This document shows positions 55,649-64,000 of a DNA stretch of 64,000 nt, in pieces. The DNA is taken from the NCBI GenBank assembly GCA_025603075.1, contig MU626339.1, positions 26,843 to 90,842 on the forward strand. The letters run 5' to 3'. A program made the position numbers and the translations under genes. Every line of letters begins with the position of its first letter. Position 1 is the first letter of the stretch. Below the pieces are notes generated by a model. It saw nothing but the letters and a program-made list of their open reading frames with translations, had not been told where the DNA came from and ran no database searches. Source of the DNA: Neoconidiobolus thromboides FSU 785. Taxonomy: Eukaryota; Fungi; Entomophthoromycota.

Positions 55649-57422
55649 ATATATTATACCGTATTTACTATTGCTATTAATGTATTGATAGTTTCAAAAA
55701 ACTACACTCTAAAATGATACTTATTTTGCCTCCATTTTTCTACTATGACGCCACATAACTGAATGACTATACTTTATAAAATTCAATTGTATAGTAAATA
55801 TGCTATAGGTAAGATAATATTTGGTATATATAAGTTAGTCTAATAACGTTACAATAAAATTACCAAATAGGAATTGATATTATATTTTGCATAACATTTA
55901 ATTCATAAATTATTTAACTCTGCATTTACATATCAATTATGGTATTTAATAAAGATTAAATGATAGATAAATATTTTAAGGTAGTTTCATAATGTATGGT
56001 ATCACATACCATTAATAAAAAATAATGAAATTATAACTATTAATCAAAATGTTTGTTATTACTACTATATTATCAGGTCCAATTTTAATAAATTTAAAAT
56101 TATTATGCCTATTTTATACTTTATTTACATAAATCAATAATAATAGAAAGTTAGTTGAGCGATGCAATGGGCTTAAAGAAATATTCAGTTTCTTCAAATA
56201 TGAACAATTTTAACATTAGGTAAAACCAATAAATTAGAAAAATAGTTAAAAATATATACTTTGCTCTAAACATCTGATTATTATATAAGTGATAAGCCAT
56301 TATAAAGTCAGCAATATTGGAAATGTACTAGAGTCATAAAACAAAGATCCAAAATCAACGATATTTTACTTTAAAATGAAAATGAAAAACAAAATGGGAA
56401 GCTATAATTTATTTCTGAGAATATTCACTTATTTTCTAATGCAATTAGGATTATAGTTACCTGCCCATTAGATAGTCAAAAACATGAGCGTGTATGCTTT
56501 TGGCATCATAATTTATCATCAAATTAACTATTAAATTAGGAATTTGATATTACTATTAGATGTTCCTGAAATCAGCCAAAAGAAGCTATCGAGAAAAATT
56601 TAAAAAGAGACAATAGTAAAAATAAAGGTAAAACTTTTAATGGTTAATTTTAATTTATTTAGTAAGATATAAACTTTAGAAAAACTTACTTTATGATATA
56701 GTATCTTTATTGATTTGTTATTAAACTACAAATTTGAATTGAAAAATTAGTGTTCTTAAAAGCCAGTTCTACAAAAATAAGTTAAAGGTTATAGCAAAAT
56801 AAGAACAAACGCCTAGATGGAAATGTGAATCTAAAAAACAAGCTGAGTTGTAAATTCTAAAGTGTTTAGAGTTTGAGAAAGTAGCATCTGATGATAAAAC
56901 GTGATTAAAAAAGGAGCTTCCATGGCTTGAGGAAAAAGACAATTACATGCTAAAACTAGCGGATAACGAAAACACAAAACCCCAAAACAAATTAAAACTG
57001 CTAAGGTTATATTCGTAAGAAGTTGTAGCTAAATTTTATCTTCTATAGCTTAACTATGTAGTTGGTATGATTCTTAGTAATCAAATTTCAAAAAACTAAA
57101 AATAATATTTATAGGCATAAAGAATTTCAAATCTTACCTCAACCTATATAAAAAGTCAAACATAACTGACATTATTCTGTGTAAAACTCCAAATTATCTT
57201 ATAAGCCTCCATGATAGTGATCCCTTGTTGCCTCATATATTATTTAACAAATAATGTTTAGGTAATTTGAACTTTAAAGATGTTAATATACATATACAAA
57301 ATACAATAAATAAATACTTTAATTTTTTCTTGGGATAAAAGTGATATAAACCCATTATTTAATCTCATATCAATATTTCTATATAAATCGAAAAATAAGT
57401 TGAAAAAGCTAGATATATAATA

Positions 57423-57520
57423 GGGGATGTATTTTTTGTTTAAGAATTTTATTAACAATCTTTCCGCTCAGATAACACTTAAAAAATGGAAAAAGTGATG
57501 AAACCAAAAAAAACAATCTC
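57423..57520 (+). mobile_element. MITE copy
   Basis: GGGGATGTATTTTTTG...AACAATCTC. Confidence 0.85.
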
Positions 57521-58173
57521 ATATATTAATAATGATATTGTTGCATATTATACATTTACAAAGTTCTAATAATTCATAAAGAACATCAGAAATTTTTAAA
57601 AATTTTATTCATTTAAAAGCTTCAACGTATCTTAGTGATATTTTTTGATAACTCATCTAGATGGACGGTATAGTTCACCTAAAATGATAAAATTTTAGAA
57701 GGATGAGATGAGACAAAATGGAGAAGAGGTGGTTAGGAATGAGATTTACCTATAACAAAAATAATCAGGGCCCAATTTATGTCAAAAAATTTATTATGTT
57801 ATTTTAAGTAGCTTTTGGTCCTATGAGAGATAAAAAAGTTTTTATAAAAAAGCTGTTTTTATTCAGGTAGGAAGATTTTAAAACAATATAAAAAATTAAT
57901 ACTCTTGTAACGTAGGTTGTTATAATTTTGGTATTTCGTCTATACAGTACATGTCACAAAAAGAGTGCAAGCGAACTTTTCATTATTTGGGAATAGCCCT
58001 AGTACAAAGGAGAAATACGCTCTCAGCTAAGTAGGCTTGATAGTTGTTTTCGTCTAAGCCATATTTTGGATTGAAGCTTAGATGACAAAATAATCGTCCA
58101 TAATAGTCAAAGGGTTAAAAAATTAATATCGAATACACAATCATTTATAAGTTTTCAATGAGCGACATATATA

Positions 58174-59411
58174 TTACAAACTTTCAATAAATTTAGAATA
58201 TAGGATAAGGTTCTATTCTTATTCATTATCAATAACACTAAAACAATCCTTGTAATCACCAATCTCTATATGATTTAAATTAAATGTATCAACCTTATAA
58301 CCTACTAGTACATTTAACATATTAGAATTTACAATAAGATAACTCTGATTATTTTATCTAAATCATATTGTTTTTTTATAACTCCCATATATATGGTGTT
58401 GAGTGCTTGATGGATGGTTGAATCACAAAAAAAGGCAATAGAATTAAGGGAACTCTATAAATTAACTCTAGTATAAATAAAGATCATTAATTCCAGAGAT
58501 TCAATGTTTGCAAGATCGTAAACAGACTGATATATTAATAATTTTAAATTAGCAATAATCATTACTATTGAATACAATAAGCTAAAAAAATTAATTCATA
58601 CTAAATATAAAAACTAAATTACATTCTTGAGACAAGTAATCGTATGCTCTTAATCATTTCGTTTGAACTAATAGCATCAATGTATACTTGATGCCCTTTT
58701 ATTATACTATGGATTCTATATAGCTTTAATAAAACCAGAATTACAATGAAAGTTTGACAAGTCATACAAATAAGAGGTACTAAATTACTAGCAAAAAAGA
58801 ATCAAAAATTTCAGTGTAATGCCCATCATTTGACGTAAGACAACATCCACTAAATTTACTATAGATAAATTTACTATAGATAAATTTCCCGTTTGCCACA
58901 TAAATAGCAGTTCGACTAATTTTATAAATAAAGAACAAAACATCAAGTGGAAGAATAATGATTAATGGAATAAGTAGAATAGAGCCAACATAACGACCTG
59001 CTTCAATTTTTTATTTCATTTTAATACTATGAATAAATAGTAACTGTAAATTGATTTCAATAGTAACGTTGATAAAAGAATAAAGTAAAATAAATACTGG
59101 TATCATATAAACAATGATTGTGCACAAAGGAGAACCTTCGTAGTTATATCTACTATCCATAATAAAAAGGAGTGAGACCAAATACCGTAACAACAAATAA
59201 CTATTTGTAATCTTAAAATTACTCTATTCACTAACTTACTATCATATATAGCTGTTGAACTACATTAAAAATATGTTTATAAAAATGACTGTATATTATT
59301 ATTTAAATTATTCATAATTACTACAACAATCATAGTCAAATTTAATAAAATATCCGGTATCACCGAATGAACCTCTTGAATTATATACTTTGTATATGAG
59401 GTTACATTCAT
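58174..59411 (-). pseudogene. GPCR E pseudogene (same family)
   Basis: MNVTSYTKYI start, YEGSPLCTII, INLQLLFIH, FCDSTIHQAL, tail YSKFIESL; multiple stops and frameshifts. Confidence 0.8.
58851..58887. repeat. 15-bp tandem duplication (TAAATTTACTATAGA x2 plus partial) in GPCR E pseudogene
   Basis: Directly visible. Confidence 0.85.
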
Positions 59412-59457
59412 TTTGTTTTCTAAATTATATAATATCCTACTTCTAGACCTTGAACTG

Positions 59458-59473
59458 TGAGCACTATTTATAT
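59458..59473 (-). promoter_or_regulatory. ATATAAATAGTGCTCA motif upstream of GPCR E pseudogene
   Basis: Reverse complement of TGAGCACTATTTATAT equals the motif at 36255 and 39680. Confidence 0.6.
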
Positions 59474-62010
59474 AAGTAGCAATTTATTACTATTACACTT
59501 GCTCTATAAGTACTAAATTCTTTAAGCTATATATTATGTTTCAGGAATAAGTAAAGTAATATTAAGATCTATGGCATTGGATTAAGAATATCACGTCTCT
59601 TAGTTTTTGTGTAATTTCAGACAAATAATCAAAATAAAATCCAAATGTTAGGGAATTTGACTGATTATCACGTTTTCGTTTACCACAATATATTATAAAA
59701 TCATAAAGAGTTTTTAAATTATGTAGCTACTCATTTTACTCAATAAAGATCAATAGTTTTTTATTCCTATGATATATAATATTTGATGATGTTATGCTAT
59801 CCTAGAGATATTGAAGTTTACGTTTCTCAATATGTATATAGATATAATGAAAATTAATAAACTAATTACAGTGCTTGTAGTAGCATTTAAATTTACTAAA
59901 GTTAAAAAAAGCTTATACAATATAAGCAAATACAGCAAGTTATGGAATGTAATTTATTTTAAAACTTTACAAAGTACGAATATAAATCAAAATTTTAAAA
60001 GCAAATTTAAAGAAAAAAGTTAGTATTTCAAATCAAGTCTTTATCTCTTATCTTTATACAAAAATACATTAACAATAACTGATAACTGATCATTTGTGTT
60101 TAAAGACGGAATACTTGTTTTAAGATTCAGGAGTTTAAATACTAATTTGTCTTCTTTGTTTTATTAATCTTTCTACTGAATATATAACATAAAATTAAAA
60201 TGTTATATAAGACTAAATAAAAACTTTTTTTCAAAACACTCAAATATTGAGCTTTTATTTTCAAATACCAATTTTCCGCTACTTTTTATCTTTTTTGAAT
60301 TCAAGAATTGCTTGCCACATATGCAATAAAGCATAGCTTCCATTTATTTAATGTATAAAAGTTTTAGGAACTTATAGTGTATAATAATAGCTATTTTATC
60401 ATCTTTTTTTGTACCATGATGTCATATATCAATACTTTTTTAGCTGAATATCATGAATTATTTTGATCATTCTACTGTAGTACAAAGTTTTTAATAGAAT
60501 TTTAATGTTAAAACTTTATTTGTATTTATACAAAACTAATCCTGTTACTAAAGGATCATGATATGTGATATTAGATTATATGATATATGTATCGAAAGCG
60601 CCAGATTGTTTTATAAATTATAATTCAGCATAATGATTTTACAACAAAACCACCAATAAGAGTTGATAGAAATATTATATACTGCATTTGATTCTTCAAT
60701 AAATTATCAGATGTTGCATTTACAAATTGGATATAACAATTCTAAGGTTTATAAGATAATATGTATCTTGAAATACCAATTTAATAAGTAGCATTATATT
60801 TTAATAGTACAAAAAAATTTATAGAATTATTGTTTGTTATTTTAATTATAAAACGGGGCCAATAATTAGAATGAATGGTTGGAAGTTAGGAACTTTCTAT
60901 AAACATTTAATAGATATAGAAGTAATATGTAATTTATAGAATAAACAATATTAAGAAGCATTAAAGAATATAAACTTAAAGTTCGGAACCACCGACTTCT
61001 TATTGTAAAATGAAAGCGAAAAAATAAGATAAGTTACAATATAATTTTGAGAAAATTCTTTGTTTTCACATGTAAGCAAATATGCCATTTTGACTTTAGG
61101 GTTTATCATAATTAGTTAAAGATAAATTTTAATTTTTCTAATTGTTAATTAGTCTAGAATTCTGCAAAAGAAATTATATGAGCAAATTTTGAAAAAGAAA
61201 ATTGTACAAATAGTCAAAATAAAGATAATTTTGATGTTGGTTGTTTTATTAATTTACCACTGGACTATAGATATAGATGAGTTAAAATTAAAAAAACAAC
61301 CAAATGATTTTATTTTAAAACTGCTTCAAATTAAAATAAGAATAAACCTAAAATAAGAATCAGGGGTTAAATAAAAATAAGCTAAATAATAGCAAAAGAC
61401 TAATTTAAAAATGTGATTGGAAAAAGGGACTATCATGACTTGAGGAAATAGAACAACTATATGAACAAAATTAGTGAATAGCACTGATGTAAGTTTTGAT
61501 TAGTTTTGAGACTCCTAAGAATATATCGGTGGAAGTTGCAGTTAAAAGTTAATGTTCATAATTTTATTATGAAAATAAAAGTTTTTGTTTGTTTCAATTT
61601 TAATATTTGTAGCATGTTTGTTATATGATGGTTTATAAAACATCTAAGTTATAAGGCTTGTCTATAAACATATTACATAATCATCGATTTAAAGTTGCAA
61701 TAAACCAACATTAAAATAGTTATAAATTTAAGGAACTGGGATAAGATGAATAGATAATATTGCAAAGTTCGTTGATTCTAGCAATATTTAGTTTTAATAC
61801 TTACTTAAATTGAGTTTTTTTAAAGCTAATTTCATAAGATTTTAACTATACAATAACTACTATTTTAAAATATCAAGTCATAAAAGTAATATTGATGATA
61901 GTGATGATGATTTACTAGAAATCGAAATTAACTTTTAGGATTGCTATTTTAACTATATATTAAGCTTTCATATTTTATCATACTAGTATCCCTTCTAGTC
62001 TTAGCATATA

Positions 62011-62108
62011 GGAATGTATTTTCGTGTCTAACAATTTTACTAACAATTTTTTCACTCAAATAGCGCTTAAAAGATAGAAAAGGTGATGAAACCAAAAAAA
62101 ATATGCCC
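62011..62108 (+). mobile_element. MITE copy
   Basis: GGAATGTATTTT...CTCAAATAGCGCTTAAA...ATATGCCC. Confidence 0.8.
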
Positions 62109-62111
62109 ATA

Positions 62112-62207
62112 CGGATATTTTTTTTGCTTTCGGTATTTTTTCCATTTTTAAGCGTTATTGAATTGAAAAACTATTAGTAGAATTATTAAATGAAAAAAGA
62201 TATGTCC
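62112..62207 (-). mobile_element. MITE copy, degraded, inverted and abutting the 62011 copy
   Basis: GGATATTTTTTTT..TTCCATTTTTAAGCGTTATT..ATATGTCC. Confidence 0.65.
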
Positions 62208-62841
62208 ATATAAAGTATCAACAGTAACTAAAGACCAATATGAGATCTTTGATTTAGCGATAAAATAAAATTCAATGTCTTTCTACAACAACAGTTTAGC
62301 ACATACTTTTATGTTATAAATCATTTTCACTTTTCATGCCTTAATATCAATTAATTCTATTTCTGTTGATATTGAAAATCAGATTTTACCTTTAAAGTAC
62401 TGATGAAAATGAGCTGAGAAAATTTTACTAATAATTTTAATTATTTATTATAAATAAAAATACTAGGATTCATTTGAAACATAATTTAAAGTGTTACATT
62501 ATTTTTAAATACTACAATAAAATTAAGGGCTAGGCTAGGGTCATAATATTTAGAGCATACAATTTTTTTTGAATTCTTCTTGGTTAAGCTATTTTTATTG
62601 CCATAAAAGGCAAATTTTTGTTAAAGGTTACAATTCATCAATACTCTAAGGTTATAGCCGTTATTTTAAACTAATGTATAATAAAGTAATTGATTTTGAT
62701 TTTTAAATACTTTTAAACAGCTTGGGAGCTTTGGAGTAGCATTTTATTGGTGTAAAAGGATATAAAGAGTTATGGAAATGTATTAGAGTTAAAAATAAAG
62801 CTCAAGCATATAGTCTCAGTTTTTTTAATAAGTTTCGTATG

Positions 62842-64000
62842 TTATAAATTTTTGATATAGCTAGAATACTGAACTGGGATTTGTCCTTCTATTTCACTAT
62901 TAGTATCATTAACATAATCCTTAGAATCACTAGTTTTCATTTCATTCAAAGCAAACGCATCAACATTAGAATCTACCAATATATTAATATTTCACATTTT
63001 AGTTTAAACCATGTTACCTATTTTGTCTGAATCATTTTGTTTTTTTATAGTTCTCAAATATACTGTTTTAAGCGCTTGATGAATTGTTGGGTCGCAAAAG
63101 AAAGCAATAAAGTTAAGTGTACCTAGTAGACTGGCCGTAATGTTACCGAATAGTTTGAATTCTGTAGATGTAGTATTTGCAAGGTCATAAGCTGCTTGAT
63201 TTAGAACTATCCCAATATTAGAAACAATCATTGCTATCGGATATAGTAGACTAAGATAAATTAGTTCGTATAAATAGAAGTAAAAATCAACATTACATCC
63301 TTGAGGCAAGTAATCGAATATTTTTAATCATCTCAGCTGATTCACTAGCATCAACCACTACCTGATGGCCTTTTATTAAACTGTGACCTCGGTGTAGCTT
63401 CAACAAAACTATAGCTACGATAACCAACAGGTAAGCCATACAAACGAGGTTTACTAGACAGTTGGCATAAAAATCAAACATTTTAGAGTAATATTCATCA
63501 TTCGATGTAAGATAACATCCGTTGAATTCACTGTATCCAAGTGAACCATTTGCTAAATAAACTTTTTAGTATTAGTTATATATTTATAATAGTAATGTAC
63601 CAAGTGGCGGGATAGTAACTAAGAGAGTGAGTAAAATTGAGCAAACATAATACCCTGCTTCAATTTTTTTTGTTATTTCAACACCATGAATAAATACTAG
63701 CTGTAAATTGATTCCGATAGCAACGTTAAGAAGAGCATAAAAAAAGGGAAATGCTAATGATTGATATGCAATAGTTATACATAAAGGAGATCCTTCATAA
63801 TCATTATTTCTAACCCATAATAGAAAAGAGTGTGACCAAATGTCATAACATGAAATAACGGTTTGTAATCTAAGAGTCACTCTGTTTACCAACTTATAAT
63901 CATATATAGCTATTAAAATAAGTTAAAAATACACTTGAAATGATGTTTGTAATTTATTACTTAAAGCAATCATAACCACTACAACTATGGTAGCTAAAGT
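62842..64000 (-). CDS. 7TM GPCR F (same family), apparently intact, 5' end beyond window edge
   Basis: VNRVTLRLQ, YEGSPLC, IPPLG, NGCYLTS, RLLASRM, LLYPIAM, LGTLNFIAFFCDPT, tail YSSYIKNL-stop. Confidence 0.85.

Larger units (their letters stand above)
54645..55900 (-). pseudogene. GPCR D pseudogene (same family as A-C), interrupted by two MITEs
   Basis: Remnants HSDFQGYHLTSNNEHYSKMFGFFAS, LLYPILRIIGNTG, GILNFTALFSNLTIHQAF, DYNDDAFDLND with stops and frameshifts; 5' limit approximate. Confidence 0.75.

Noticed and set aside
59811-61900. ORF 59811 and surrounding AT-rich DNA
   Set aside because: Non-ATG start, composition-driven K/N/I/F content, no recognisable structure

Overview
AT-rich eukaryotic DNA with short GT-AG introns, mostly about 45-60 nt. 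It is most consistent with an early-diverging fungus of the Conidiobolus/Entomophthoromycotina type; this is inferred, not proven. No rRNA, tRNA or CRISPR features were seen. Two housekeeping islands are present. The first (20.6-33.9 kb) holds a long low-complexity protein apparently fused to a serine dehydratase-like domain, QRI7, BUB2, VAC14 and RKI1. The second (44.9-54.2 kb) holds aspartate aminotransferase, cysteinyl-tRNA synthetase and a PPP4R1-like HEAT protein. Between and around them are gene-poor accessory blocks. These carry about 22 copies of a ~100-bp MITE, six members of one Git3/cAMP-receptor-like 7TM GPCR family (three on +, three on -, two decayed), pseudogenes and a small secreted peptide gene. 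The best leads are: (1) mosaic GPCR paralogs with near-identical ligand-facing and TM segments but swapped intracellular loop 3 and C-tail; (2) the ~960-aa disordered region spliced in frame to a PLP dehydratase; (3) hidden organelle-targeting extensions, namely a PTS2 on AAT and an upstream mitochondrial-presequence exon on CysRS; (4) a candidate amphipathic peptide precursor; (5) CpG-decay signatures in the MITE.
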